The notes: generated by a model from the letters alone, not told the origin. A stretch of DNA of 42,450 nucleotides from a virus (IMGVR_UViG_3300012921_000049:1-42450); one strand, 5' to 3'; counted from the first letter of the stretch, positions 15,210-24,590 are shown. Program-made: numbers and translations.

Positions 15210-16962
15210 CCCAGACCTCGCCCTCGCTGGTGTCCACGCCGTAGACCGGCGCGCCCTGATCGGTGGCCTGGCCCAACCGGCTCTGCGCGACCGCTACCCA
15301 GGCCCCGTCTTCCCAGACCAGATGTGAGCCCGTCACCGCCACGCCCCGGTAGAGCCAGAGAGGGGCCGGCCCATAGCCGTGGATCGCCAGCACATCGCCG
15401 CCGCGCAGCCGGATCGAGCCATCGGCTTTGAGCCGCTCGATCGCGATCGTGCCCCCGCCCTCGATCTCGAGCCGTGTGCCGGCCGGGAAGCATTTCACCA
15501 TGGCGGGCGGCGGCAATGGTTGCACCGAAACCGCAGCGGCGCCACCCGGCTGGGCCGCGATCACGCCCGAGATGCCATTTGTCACGGCCGCGCCTATGCC
15601 TTGGCTCGCGGCGTTGCCCGTCATGCCGCCGGCCACGCTCGGCACCACGCCGCCATTCAGTATTGCATCGAGGTGGTGGTCGTTATTGCCCAAAGAAGTG
15701 GAGCCAGATTGCAGCCCGGCATCCTTGCCAAACTGTGATAGCTTATTGTTGGCTGTGGTGTTTATCGAGTTGCCGAAGATAGGGACCATGGCCTCTAGCC
15801 AATCCGACAGCCCGAGTTCATAGCCGCCGGAAGACTGGCCCGGCACATTGCTCATCCACTGCATGTTTTTGTTGGCATTTTGAATCTGGCCAGCATTGGT
15901 GACGCCCTTGATCAAGGCGCCGAATGGGAATGGGGCGAGAAGACTGGCGGCGGTTAGCCCGGCATTCGCCATCTCCGAGCCGAATGCCGGATTGGCCCCG
16001 CCCGTCAGATAGGCCCCGGGATCCCAATTAGGCAGCGCGCCGCCAGGCGTCGCGCCGGTAATCGCTTCACCGTTGACGCTGGAGATCGGTGAAGTCATGG
16101 CGTTTGCAATGATGCCAAGCCCATCCGAAAAACCACCATCGATCTGGTCAGCGACCGCGCTCAAGCCTTCCGGGGTGGTGGTGATGTCGAAGCTGCCGAG
16201 CGGCGTCCATGCGGTGTGCATCAACTCGGGTCCGCGCCCGTAATCGGCGCTGGTCTGCCGCTGCTGGCCGGCCAGGATCGGCGCGCCGCGCTCGTCATAC
16301 CCGATCACGGCTTCATCACCGAGCAGCGAGAGATACTCGGCATTGGTGGTGCCGTCCTGGCTCGCGGCCCGGGCCGGGGTCCAGTTGGGATCCACCCCTT
16401 CGGCCCGCATCGCGTCCTGGTAGCCGGTGTAATTCCTGATCCAGTTCCCGATGAAGCCCTGCATCAGGGCTTGCTGCTGGGCGGGGTCGAGCCGGTCATA
16501 GCCTTGCTCGATCGCGTATTGGCGAAACGCCTGGGCCAGATCACCCCCCCCCACCTGCCCCTCGACCGGCGCCCCGGCCCAGCGCGGCTTGGCCTCGAGG
16601 GAATTCGCCACCAGCACGGAATCGGCGGCTTGGTCGGGTGCGTTCTGCCGCACCAGCAGGCCTTGGTCATAGGCCCGGGCCTGCGCGAGCTGGGTCGGGT
16701 CAAGCCCGGCCGGGCCGGCCGGCGCTGCGGCGGCGGGTTGCGCCAGGAAGGTGCCGCCCCGGCCCTCGGTCGCGCCGTGCCGGAGGAAATGCGTCAGGCC
16801 GCGCGTGCCCCAGGTGGTGGCCCAGGCCGGGTTGCTGGGATCGATGAAATTCTGATCCACGTCCGGGTTGGCCGCCATATAGGCGGCCTCGTCCCAGTTG
16901 CGCTGCAGGTCTTCCAGCGTGGCGAAGGAGCGACCATTGAACGTGTAGGCGGGATCAGCCAT
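15130..16962 (-). CDS. Virion/ejection-type protein with C-terminal Hint (hedgehog/intein) domain
   Basis: K|CFPAGT (Cys codon 15492-15490), VTGSH, VY..T..V.V.GVRFAD. N-terminal DEAAY.AANPDV..HFLRHG..EGR module. Confidence 0.8.
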   Translation of the reverse strand: MADPAYTFNGRSFATLEDLQRNWDEAAYMAANPDVDQNFIDPSNPAWATTWGTRGLTHFLRHGATEGRGGTFLAQPAAAAPAGPAGLDPTQLAQARAYDQGLLVRQNAPDQAADSVLVANSLEAKPRWAGAPVEGQVGGGDLAQAFRQYAIEQGYDRLDPAQQQALMQGFIGNWIRNYTGYQDAMRAEGVDPNWTPARAASQDGTTNAEYLSLLGDEAVIGYDERGAPILAGQQRQTSADYGRGPELMHTAWTPLGSFDITTTPEGLSAVADQIDGGFSDGLGIIANAMTSPISSVNGEAITGATPGGALPNWDPGAYLTGGANPAFGSEMANAGLTAASLLAPFPFGALIKGVTNAGQIQNANKNMQWMSNVPGQSSGGYELGLSDWLEAMVPIFGNSINTTANNKLSQFGKDAGLQSGSTSLGNNDHHLDAILNGGVVPSVAGGMTGNAASQGIGAAVTNGISGVIAAQPGGAAAVSVQPLPPPAMVKCFPAGTRLEIEGGGTIAIERLKADGSIRLRGGDVLAIHGYGPAPLWLYRGVAVTGSHLVWEDGAWVAVAQSRLGQATDQGAPVYGVDTSEGEVWVSGVRFADHARSAQARKVRPVQHRAA

Positions 16963-17231
16963 CAGCGCAGCACTCCCTTCATCTTCAGATCATTGACCAG
17001 CGTGCCGAGGAATTGCTGGGTCTCGGCAAGCGTCGATCCGCCCACATCCAGGGTAAGGTTCAACACGCCGTTCTCTACCGTGTAGGCATTCTTGGTCGGG
17101 GCGTCGGCCTCGCGCGAGCGGGTATCGAGCTGCTGCTGCAGGGCGCCGGCAAAGTTCGACATGGCCTGACAGAACGAGACAACGTCGCCCTGGAAGACCG
17201 GGGCCTTGATCGGCTGCCAGCGGCGCGCCAT
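16962..17231 (-). CDS. Small structural-module protein
   Basis: 89 aa ending LGTLVNDLK.KGVL; TGATG-coupled to the next gene. Confidence 0.7.
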   Translation of the reverse strand: MARRWQPIKAPVFQGDVVSFCQAMSNFAGALQQQLDTRSREADAPTKNAYTVENGVLNLTLDVGGSTLAETQQFLGTLVNDLKMKGVLR

Positions 17232-17234
17232 GGC

Positions 17235-19250
17235 TTAGGCGCGCCGCCCGGCCGGCTCGTAATCGATCCGGGTCGCGCCGAGCCGGAAATCGGCGCCCAC
17301 CGTGGCCAGCAGTTCCAGCCCGATCGCGATCTGGCGGCCCGAGGCGCGCGGGTTGATCTCTTCGGTGGCGGAGGTCACCGTGTGGGGGCCATCACTTTCC
17401 TCAGCCGAGTTCGGCTTGTCCCGACTATAGACGGTCACCTCCATGGTGCCGGTGAGCCGCTTGAAGTCCGGGATGATGGCGTTGATATCCATCAACAGCG
17501 CGCCGTCCTCGAGGTCGGCCGGCGCCGAGCGGATCGAGGCACCCAGGGCCGCGCCATCGTCATCCACCCCGGTCTCGTGCTGGTACAGGTAATGCGACCC
17601 GCTCGAAGCACCGGTGCAGAGCGGCTTGGAAAACACCGATGGATCGAGCCAGGCGAACCGTGACATGGCGCCATAGGTCCAGCATTGGTCATCCATGTCG
17701 TAGGCCACCCAGCGGTCAATCTCGGTCGCGCCGGCGCTGCAGTAGAACCACCAGATATCGTTGTGATCCACATTCACGCCGGCGAAGAATTTGCCGCGCT
17801 GATCCAGGTTGATATCGCGGAACACCCGGGTCTGGATATCGTTGCTCGGCAGGGGCTGGATGGCGCCGTTGAACATGAAGAAGTCGGCCAAGCCCATCCA
17901 GTACGGCACGCCGTTGAATTCCGCCAAGGCCTTCAGCGAGATCGGGCCCGACTTGCCGCCCACGTCCCGCAAGTCGAAGACGTAATCATCGCCTGTGTAT
18001 TGCAGCAGGAAGCAGCGCGACGCGCCGCCCAGCAGGGTGGTGTTGTTGTTCAGCTTGGAGAAGCCCACCAGTTCGGTCTCGTTGGCGACCGAATCCCCGT
18101 AGGCGGAATTATCCGCGGCCGGGGTCCAGATCGTGATGTCTTCGTTATCGCTCGCCTCGACCCGGCGCAGGTTGCCGCCCGCCCCCACGGCCACGATGAA
18201 GCCGGCCGCCGTGACAAAGGTGAAGCTGTTATTCTGAGGCGCGTTGAGGATCGGGGTGGCGTGGGAATCGCCATAGAGCCACTGGTAGATGGCCCCGCCC
18301 CGATACGAGGCGATCAGCAGGTCGAACCGGTTATCGAGCGACCATACCCGGGGCAATCGGGTCTGACCCTCGTCGCGGGCCGTGCCATAGGGGCCGAGCC
18401 CATAGCCGCCGATCCCGTAGCCATATCCAACACTCTGGTCCACCAGACCGATCGACACGTTGTAGCGATACGTCACGGCCGATCCGCCGCCGGTCGCGCT
18501 GGAACTGGCGGCTGAGCCCGCCGTCACCGTATAGCTATCCGCCGCCACGGTGGTGACCTCGAACGCGCCAGCAAGGGTGAGTCCGCCCACGGCGGTCGCA
18601 CCGGTGAATTCCACCCGGTCTCCCACCCCGCGCCCATGACCGGCATGGGCGATCGTAACCGTGGTGCTGCCGGACTCCGTGGTGATGGGATCGGCCCCGA
18701 GCAGGCCTCGGAAATACTGATACAAAACCGCCCCGCCCCCGGGTCCGGCCGTACTGCTGGCCGGCAAGGCGGCATCGATCGTGTAATGGTCGGCATCGAC
18801 TCGGGTCAGCTTGTACGAGCCCAGGATGATCAGCCCCCCCACGGCACTGGCCGCCGACAGCACCACCATATCGCCGGTCGCCTGGCCGTGGCCCGTGTGG
18901 GCGACGCCGACCGTAACATCACCATTGGTCGTCGTGAGGGGATTGGTCAGCGTGCCCTGAGCCGCGGCTTCGAACGGCGTGATATCCTGAACCTCGCCAT
19001 CCAGGATCACGGCGAGTTCCTTGTAGCTGCCCTGAGCGATCTGGCGCCGGTTGGCGGAGTCCATCCAGGCATGGAGGGAGCGGCCGTATTCGGGCACGGT
19101 GGCGTTGATCGCCTTGGCCCAACCGCCAATCTTCTCAGGCCGGCCCGCCACGAACCGCACATTGGACCCCTCGATCCAGCGGCCCTTGGAGCCATAGGCG
19201 GAATCGATGGTGGTCAGGCCGGGCGGAAAATCCAGCGTGGGGAGCGGCAT
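17235..19250 (-). CDS. Tail tubular/nozzle (DNA stabilization) protein with two inserted beta-rich repeats
   Basis: PG.....Y...GRW....NVRF..G.PEKIGGW N-terminus; propeller-like repeats; two P.TT..G..TV..AH.GHG...GD.V inserts. Confidence 0.8.
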   Translation of the reverse strand: MPLPTLDFPPGLTTIDSAYGSKGRWIEGSNVRFVAGRPEKIGGWAKAINATVPEYGRSLHAWMDSANRRQIAQGSYKELAVILDGEVQDITPFEAAAQGTLTNPLTTTNGDVTVGVAHTGHGQATGDMVVLSAASAVGGLIILGSYKLTRVDADHYTIDAALPASSTAGPGGGAVLYQYFRGLLGADPITTESGSTTVTIAHAGHGRGVGDRVEFTGATAVGGLTLAGAFEVTTVAADSYTVTAGSAASSSATGGGSAVTYRYNVSIGLVDQSVGYGYGIGGYGLGPYGTARDEGQTRLPRVWSLDNRFDLLIASYRGGAIYQWLYGDSHATPILNAPQNNSFTFVTAAGFIVAVGAGGNLRRVEASDNEDITIWTPAADNSAYGDSVANETELVGFSKLNNNTTLLGGASRCFLLQYTGDDYVFDLRDVGGKSGPISLKALAEFNGVPYWMGLADFFMFNGAIQPLPSNDIQTRVFRDINLDQRGKFFAGVNVDHNDIWWFYCSAGATEIDRWVAYDMDDQCWTYGAMSRFAWLDPSVFSKPLCTGASSGSHYLYQHETGVDDDGAALGASIRSAPADLEDGALLMDINAIIPDFKRLTGTMEVTVYSRDKPNSAEESDGPHTVTSATEEINPRASGRQIAIGLELLATVGADFRLGATRIDYEPAGRRA

Positions 19251-19252
19251 GG

Positions 19253-19591
19253 CTAGGCTTGGATCCAGGTATGCGTGTCCTCGTCCCAGCGCCAGCGGCC
19301 CTCCTCGGGGCGCGGCACGGGTGGCTGCCAGTCATGGTTCTGATCGAGGGAACATGACGGATAAGGGCGCGGCGCGATGAAGACATCGGCGAGGGCATCA
19401 TAGGTATAGCCGATACCAGGAAATTGCTTGCGGGTATTGTTGTTGTAACTGCACTGCAGCCAGCCGCCCTGAGTGCCATATAGGTCATTGAGGAACGCGA
19501 CCCCGGTCGCCTCATCAACCGCGATCTCATTGCTCACCACCACAACCTGGGTGACGGTGTTGCTTTCATCGATCCTTGCGAAATGGGCCAT
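19253..19591 (-). CDS. Conserved tail-fibre-associated protein
   Basis: MAHFA.ID..N.V.QV.VV..W.Q.SYN...RK.F.GIGYTYD...D.FI.P.PYPS pattern, usually next to Gly-rich tail genes. Confidence 0.8.
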   Translation of the reverse strand: MAHFARIDESNTVTQVVVVSNEIAVDEATGVAFLNDLYGTQGGWLQCSYNNNTRKQFPGIGYTYDALADVFIAPRPYPSCSLDQNHDWQPPVPRPEEGRWRWDEDTHTWIQA

Positions 19592-19600
19592 TGGCTGTCC

Positions 19601-20437
19601 TTAGAAGGTGATCGAGCCGGAACCGGTAAAATCGTAATACCGATACCCGCCCGTCACGGTGATGGTGGGTGCGCCCGTGACGGATGTGGCCGGGGCAAAA
19701 CTATCGGGATAGCGGATACAGACACGACCCGAGCCACCGTTGCCGCCATTGTTGGACGAACCCGCCGCGCCGCCGCCACCGCCGCCAGTGTTGGCCGTGG
19801 CATGATTGCCGTTGCCGCTATTGCCGCTGCGACCCGCGCCGCCGCCGCCCGCGCCACCAGCGCCACCGGTTCCGGCGGCCGCGCCGCCGCCACCGCCACC
19901 CGCGTAAGTCTGAGAAATGCCGTCCGCGAATGTGCTCGCGGTGCCGGCGCCGCCCGCACCAGCATTACTCCCTGAAATATTTCCACCCACGGCCGAGGCG
20001 CCACCGCCACCGCCGCCCGCGACGGAACCACCACCCACGCCACCGTCGTTGCCTTGCCCCAATGTACCGGTGCCGCCTGTGCCGGCCGCGTATGAGCTGC
20101 CACCGCCAGAGCCACCCGCGAGACCGTTCGTATCGGCCCCGCCCTGTCCACCACCGCCGCCTCCGGTCGATGTGATGGTGGAAAAGGTGGAATCTGAACC
20201 GTTGGTTCCGCGGTTCCCAATAATGCCGCCGGGGCCACCGGCTCCAACCGTTACCGTGATTGGGACTCCTGGCGTTACCGCGAGACTGCCGGTTCTGAAT
20301 CCGCCCGCGCCGCCACCGCCCGCGCCACCACCATTGGCATCACCACCACCACCGGCGCCGCCCGCCACCACCAGATAATCAACTTCGCTCGGCGGCGTGG
20401 CGGCGGCCGGGGGGGGGTGGAACGGGAATGGAAACAT
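19601..20437 (-). CDS. Glycine-rich tail fibre/receptor-binding-type protein
   Basis: VDYLVVAGG.GG..GGGGAGG..ANTGGGGGG..GGSGRV.IRYP..F.GSGSITF. Confidence 0.85.
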   Translation of the reverse strand: MFPFPFHPPPAAATPPSEVDYLVVAGGAGGGGDANGGGAGGGGAGGFRTGSLAVTPGVPITVTVGAGGPGGIIGNRGTNGSDSTFSTITSTGGGGGGQGGADTNGLAGGSGGGSSYAAGTGGTGTLGQGNDGGVGGGSVAGGGGGGASAVGGNISGSNAGAGGAGTASTFADGISQTYAGGGGGGAAAGTGGAGGAGGGGAGRSGNSGNGNHATANTGGGGGGAAGSSNNGGNGGSGRVCIRYPDSFAPATSVTGAPTITVTGGYRYYDFTGSGSITF

Positions 20438-21489
20438 TACTGGAGGGCCTGCCAGATCAGGAGCGAGTAATTCTGGGTCTTGGAGACATAAGCAATGAAC
20501 TTGTGGCCGTTCGTGGTCCCGGGCGTGGGGCCGTCCACCTTGGTGAAGCCACTCGTGGTGATGGCGCCGGCCGAGCCATTGTTGGTTACCTCGATCTCGA
20601 TCGAGGTCGGGTTGCTGGGCGGGGCCAGCGTGTGGGCGCCGCCATTGGTGTAGTATTGCTTGTTGCCGTTCGCCGGATCCGGGGTGAAGCTGCCGGTCGA
20701 CTTGGTGCCGGCATTGTAGGGGGTCGCGCTGAAGCCCGCCGTTAGGGTCTTGGCGGCATTGCTGTGCAGCAGATCGGGATCGAGTTCAAACCCGTCATTG
20801 CTGGCATTGACCTTGAGGCCCTTCCCCACATCGCCGTTTGCCAGGGCGAAACCCTCCCCCAGGCCACCATCGGCAGGCCCGAGCGGCTGATCCATATCGG
20901 TGAACACCCCGCCCTCGATCGCCTTGCCGTTCAGGTTGATGGCGCTGGGCAGCGATATCGTGGGGTTGCCACTCACGGCGTCGCCGTTGGCGACCGCGAC
21001 CTCGTTTGCCGTGCCGGTGATGGTGCGGGCCGCCAGCGTGTTGGCCGCGGTGCGGGCCAGCAGGCCGTTGCTCGACAAACCCAGCAGGGCCGCGATGATG
21101 GCCGGCGCGGCGTTCACAACATTGGTGGCATCGCAGATCAACTGTCGCCGGTCGCCCTGCGGCACCACGATGCCGGTGCCAGCCGGCGTCTTGAAGGTTA
21201 CCGTGTAGGCGCCGCTCGTGTTGTTATAGATCAGGTAGGGAGAAGTCTTGGCCGGCACGATCACGTTTATGTTGCCGGTCAGCACGCCGGAATAGGTGTG
21301 CATCAGGTTGGCGGCTTCATCGCTGGTCAGCGTCACATCGCTCGAGCCGGCCACCGATTTGCTCAACTGGCCCGCCAGGGCGGCATCGATCAGGTCGAAA
21401 TTATCATTGAGGACCACGCCCCAATTATTGTTCTCATCGCCGGTCCCGATCTTGGCGAGATTCTTGGCCGTGGTGAAGGTCGTGGTCAT
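20437..21489 (-). CDS. Tail fibre/tail-associated protein
   Basis: G...N.WG..LN.NFDLID.A.AG anchor motif; ARTITG..V.NGD.VSGNPTISL repeat; Thr/Gly-rich. Confidence 0.8.
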   Translation of the reverse strand: MTTTFTTAKNLAKIGTGDENNNWGVVLNDNFDLIDAALAGQLSKSVAGSSDVTLTSDEAANLMHTYSGVLTGNINVIVPAKTSPYLIYNNTSGAYTVTFKTPAGTGIVVPQGDRRQLICDATNVVNAAPAIIAALLGLSSNGLLARTAANTLAARTITGTANEVAVANGDAVSGNPTISLPSAINLNGKAIEGGVFTDMDQPLGPADGGLGEGFALANGDVGKGLKVNASNDGFELDPDLLHSNAAKTLTAGFSATPYNAGTKSTGSFTPDPANGNKQYYTNGGAHTLAPPSNPTSIEIEVTNNGSAGAITTSGFTKVDGPTPGTTNGHKFIAYVSKTQNYSLLIWQALQ

Positions 21490-22121
21490 CAGTCGGGCTC
21501 CACCTGCATGAAGGTGCCGCTGCGCTCGGCATCACTCTGCGCATTGGCCATTTCGATCTGGCCCATGGCCTGCTTGCCCCACCATTCCTTCTCGGTGTCA
21601 TCCTTGAGGAATTCGTTCGCCTTCATCATGCAGGACGAACGCAGCAGGGTCGGGTAATCGGTGCATAGGAAGTTGGTCTCGTTGGCCCCGGAGAGGTTGG
21701 CTGGCTTGCCATACATGCGGATCCGGTACGGATAGGCGAGGTCGGGTGGGGATTCGAACTCCATCCGCAGCGCGGTGGTGTGGAACAAGCGCGGCTTGGC
21801 ATTGACCCGGGCCCCGGACCCGTCATAGGCAAACAGGTTCTCGATCTCATGGAGCGGCTTGCGATCGAGCCGGGCCGCGTGGATGCCGGTGATATGCACG
21901 GTCATGGCTTCCAGGTAGTCGCTGGGCAGCGTGATATAGTCCTGGCCCACCGTCATCGAACCCGTGGTCGCGGCCCCGATCATCTGCCGGACCCGGAGCA
22001 GGTTGTAGATCCATGCCTGGGCCTCGGTCAGAACCAGCTCGGCATCGATCGATGCGTTGTTGACCCAGCGCTTGATCGACCCGGCCGTTGATTTACCGGC
22101 AATCAGATCGGAGTAGTTCAT
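21489..22121 (-). CDS. Head-tail adaptor (tail tubular A-like)
   Basis: MNYSDL..AQ..I...LR.R.M..LPSDYL..P.PD..Y..TNFL...YP.LL pattern and gene position. Confidence 0.75.
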   Translation of the reverse strand: MNYSDLIAGKSTAGSIKRWVNNASIDAELVLTEAQAWIYNLLRVRQMIGAATTGSMTVGQDYITLPSDYLEAMTVHITGIHAARLDRKPLHEIENLFAYDGSGARVNAKPRLFHTTALRMEFESPPDLAYPYRIRMYGKPANLSGANETNFLCTDYPTLLRSSCMMKANEFLKDDTEKEWWGKQAMGQIEMANAQSDAERSGTFMQVEPD

Positions 22122-22124
22122 GCC

Positions 22125-23762
22125 CTACTCCGCGGCCCGGCTCGCACCGGCCTGGGCCGGATACAGCATGCCGAGCAGTGTGAGAAACACGTCGCGGGGC
22201 TCGATATGGGCCGTGCAGAGGCTGGCCCCGGTCGCGGCATCCATGACGCAGGTATCGAACCCGTAATGCATCTGGTGGCAGGGCTGGCACGGGGCCTTGG
22301 CGCTCGGCGCCGCGATGGTGGTGCAGCCGGGCCAGTTCGATCCGATGTTTCGGGCCGAGGAGTGGGAAAGCATGAGCAGCTTCTGCGGGGCCTCGAACGC
22401 GGCGGCGTTCATCACGCCGGTCTCAGGCCCGACCACGATATCGTCGGCCCGCATTGCCGTGATGAAGGCAAAGGTCTGGCGGATATTCCAGCGGCCCGAG
22501 CGGAAATGCAGGCGGGAGAGCCAATCCTTGCGCTGCTGGCGTTGGGCTTGCTCGATGAGATCGGTCACGGCCAGTTCGAGATGCTGACAGGCCTCATCGC
22601 CGACGAACAGGATATGGGCGTCGGTCTGGGCGAGCAGTTCCACCGCGGACCGGTCCACCCAGGGGTAGGCCTTGTGGATCGAGGAACCGGCCAGCGCCCA
22701 GAGCACAAGCTTTCCTTTGATCTTGGCCCGTTCGTCCCGGGCCCAGGCTGACTCGTCGCGTGACGGGTAGAAGCGCTGGTCGAACTGGTGCGGCAGCCCC
22801 GCGATATCGTGCGTCCGCTCCAAGTAATTGACCGTGCCGAAGATGCGGCGCCGCGCCTCCACGCCATAGCTGTAGCCGATCCGCTCCTTGATCTGCAGCA
22901 GCGAGCCTTCCAGGGATTCACACAGATTGATGATCCGGTCCCAGCGGCCCTCCCGGGCCAGGGCCGCCCAATAGGGGCCGAGCTCATGGTTGGGCACCTG
23001 ATTCTCATCCTGGACCCAGAAGGCATCGATATGGGGATTGTGGCGCAGCACGGCTTCGCCGCGCGGCGTGCACATCCAGGTGACGTGATAGCCTTCCGCC
23101 TTAAGGGGCTTGGCAATCGAGCCGGCGATCAGCTGATCGCCCAGCGCCCCGTAGCGGATCACCAGCGCTTTTTTGGCTTGCGGGGCCTCCATGTAGACAC
23201 CGTTGCGGTCATGCGTGCCGCAGCATTTCATTACCTTGCCGCTCGGGGTTTTGCGCAGCACCAGGAAGAAGGAATATTCATCGCCCTGGTCGCGGACATC
23301 TTCCTCCACCACATCGGCGCCAAAGCCGAAATCATTGAAGGCCGCCAGAATATCCTCGGGCCCAAAATCGTGCTTATGGTCGGGGTTGGCGCCTGGGGTG
23401 CCGCAGCGCGGATAGAGGTCCTTGTGCGGCAGATACAGGACCAGGTGGCCGCCGAGCCGCAACACGCGCCACCACTCCTTCAACGCGGCCCGGTAATCCT
23501 CGACATGCTCGAGGAAGTGGGATGAGAAAACCGCGTCGAAGATGGCATCGGCGAACATCGGCAAAGTGTCGCCTGGCGCCGGCATGTCGGCGACTCGGGC
23601 CCCTCCGAAATCCTTGCCGGAATCAAGGGTAAGGAAATGCGGGAACACCCGGTTGGGCCCGGATCCGACATCCAGCACGGCGCCGCGCGTGTAGGGCACG
23701 ATGAGGTGCTTGATTTTGGCAGACTCGGCATGGCTGCTATGTCGATCCGGGCGCCAAACCAT
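22125..23762 (-). CDS. Class I SAM methyltransferase fused to a GT9 (heptosyltransferase-like) glycosyltransferase
   Basis: VLDVGSG, FDAVFSSHFLEH, EWWRVL..GG; then VIRYGALGD..HNPHID, VGPETG..NAA, PCQPCH. Confidence 0.85.
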   Translation of the reverse strand: MVWRPDRHSSHAESAKIKHLIVPYTRGAVLDVGSGPNRVFPHFLTLDSGKDFGGARVADMPAPGDTLPMFADAIFDAVFSSHFLEHVEDYRAALKEWWRVLRLGGHLVLYLPHKDLYPRCGTPGANPDHKHDFGPEDILAAFNDFGFGADVVEEDVRDQGDEYSFFLVLRKTPSGKVMKCCGTHDRNGVYMEAPQAKKALVIRYGALGDQLIAGSIAKPLKAEGYHVTWMCTPRGEAVLRHNPHIDAFWVQDENQVPNHELGPYWAALAREGRWDRIINLCESLEGSLLQIKERIGYSYGVEARRRIFGTVNYLERTHDIAGLPHQFDQRFYPSRDESAWARDERAKIKGKLVLWALAGSSIHKAYPWVDRSAVELLAQTDAHILFVGDEACQHLELAVTDLIEQAQRQQRKDWLSRLHFRSGRWNIRQTFAFITAMRADDIVVGPETGVMNAAAFEAPQKLLMLSHSSARNIGSNWPGCTTIAAPSAKAPCQPCHQMHYGFDTCVMDAATGASLCTAHIEPRDVFLTLLGMLYPAQAGASRAAE

Positions 23763-24097
23763 TATGCGGGTTCCTCGGCCGGCGGCTCGGCCAGCTTCTG
23801 CAGGGCGGTTTTGCGGTTGGGCGGGTTCTTGCCGAACCGCGCCTTATAGGCGGCGGAGAGCGCCACAGAATCCATGGCGGCATAATCGACGATGGGATCA
23901 TGGCCGTCGCCTGAATTGCCCTCAGGCGGGTTGCCTTCCGGGACCGGGCCTTTCGGCGCCGGCGGCTCGGCCAGCTTCTGCAGGGCGGGTTGCTTCAGGC
24001 TGCCATCGAGCCGGTATTCCTTGCCGTCCTGCTCATAGCCGGACAGGCCCGACATGCCGTGGATATGCCCATAGGGCCGCGTTTTATCGAGCCGCAT
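23762..24097 (-). CDS. Hypothetical head-module protein with internal duplication
   Basis: LDKTRPYG.I.G...YEQDG N-terminus; ALQKLAEPPA occurs twice. Confidence 0.75.
   Translation of the reverse strand: MRLDKTRPYGHIHGMSGLSGYEQDGKEYRLDGSLKQPALQKLAEPPAPKGPVPEGNPPEGNSGDGHDPIVDYAAMDSVALSAAYKARFGKNPPNRKTALQKLAEPPAEEPA
23778..23988. repeat. 31-bp exact direct repeat (23778-23808 and 23958-23988)
   Basis: GCCGGCGGCTCGGCCAGCTTCTGCAGGGCGG, 180 bp apart, in frame. Confidence 0.9.
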
Positions 24098-24100
24098 GGG

Positions 24101-24292
24101 TCACGCCCAATCCGGCTGATCCGACTGGGTGGCATCGGCGATGCCGCCCATCGGCTTGTAGCCTTCGCGCAACGACACACCGTCGGTGCTGTTCTGCATC
24201 GGGCCGGACGGCGCCGTGCTGGCATTGCTCTGCCGCACGGGCTTGGTATCGCCCTGCAGCTGCCCGTTGGGGCGGTACATGTTGTTGGCCAT
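24101..24292 (-). CDS. Small hypothetical protein
   Basis: 63 aa; AGGAG RBS; fits the operon tiling. Confidence 0.65.
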   Translation of the reverse strand: MANNMYRPNGQLQGDTKPVRQSNASTAPSGPMQNSTDGVSLREGYKPMGGIADATQSDQPDWA

Positions 24293-24317
24293 TGCGGTCT
24301 CCTGGTTGGGCGGGTTG

Positions 24318-24521
24318 TTAAAAATCGTCGCTATCGAACGGCTGGAGCGGCACGCCGAAATAGGAGTTCATCGGCGGCGGCTTGGGCTCGACCTCGAGGA
24401 AGCCGCGCTTGATATCGGCCTGGGTCGCGCCAAAGCCCGTCTCGGTGCGGGCCTGGGGCAGATCAGGCGATGAAGCCGGGCTGCGGCCCGTGCCACTGCG
24501 CTCGGACGAATACTTGGCCAT
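24318..24521 (-). CDS. Small hypothetical protein
   Basis: 67 aa; AGGAG RBS; fits the operon tiling. Confidence 0.65.
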   Translation of the reverse strand: MAKYSSERSGTGRSPASSPDLPQARTETGFGATQADIKRGFLEVEPKPPPMNSYFGVPLQPFDSDDF

Positions 24522-24540
24522 GGCGATCTCCTGCTCGGGT

Positions 24541-24580
24541 AGGGGAAGAAGAGCCGCCCTGGTTTGCGCCAGGGCGGCTC
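24541..24580 (-). terminator. Terminator-like hairpin
   Basis: 12-bp perfect stem GAGCCGCCCTGG/CCAGGGCGGCTC followed by UUCUUC on the minus strand. Confidence 0.6.
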
Positions 24581-24590
24581 AGCAGCTGCG

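Noticed and set aside
15130-15492. Splicing intein or polymorphic toxin-immunity locus
   Set aside because: No terminal His-Asn plus nucleophile, no endonuclease, and no toxin domain after the Hint domain.
19253-21489. Diversity-generating retroelement or invertible tail-fibre cassette
   Set aside because: No reverse transcriptase, invertase, template/variable repeat pair or flanking inverted repeats seen.
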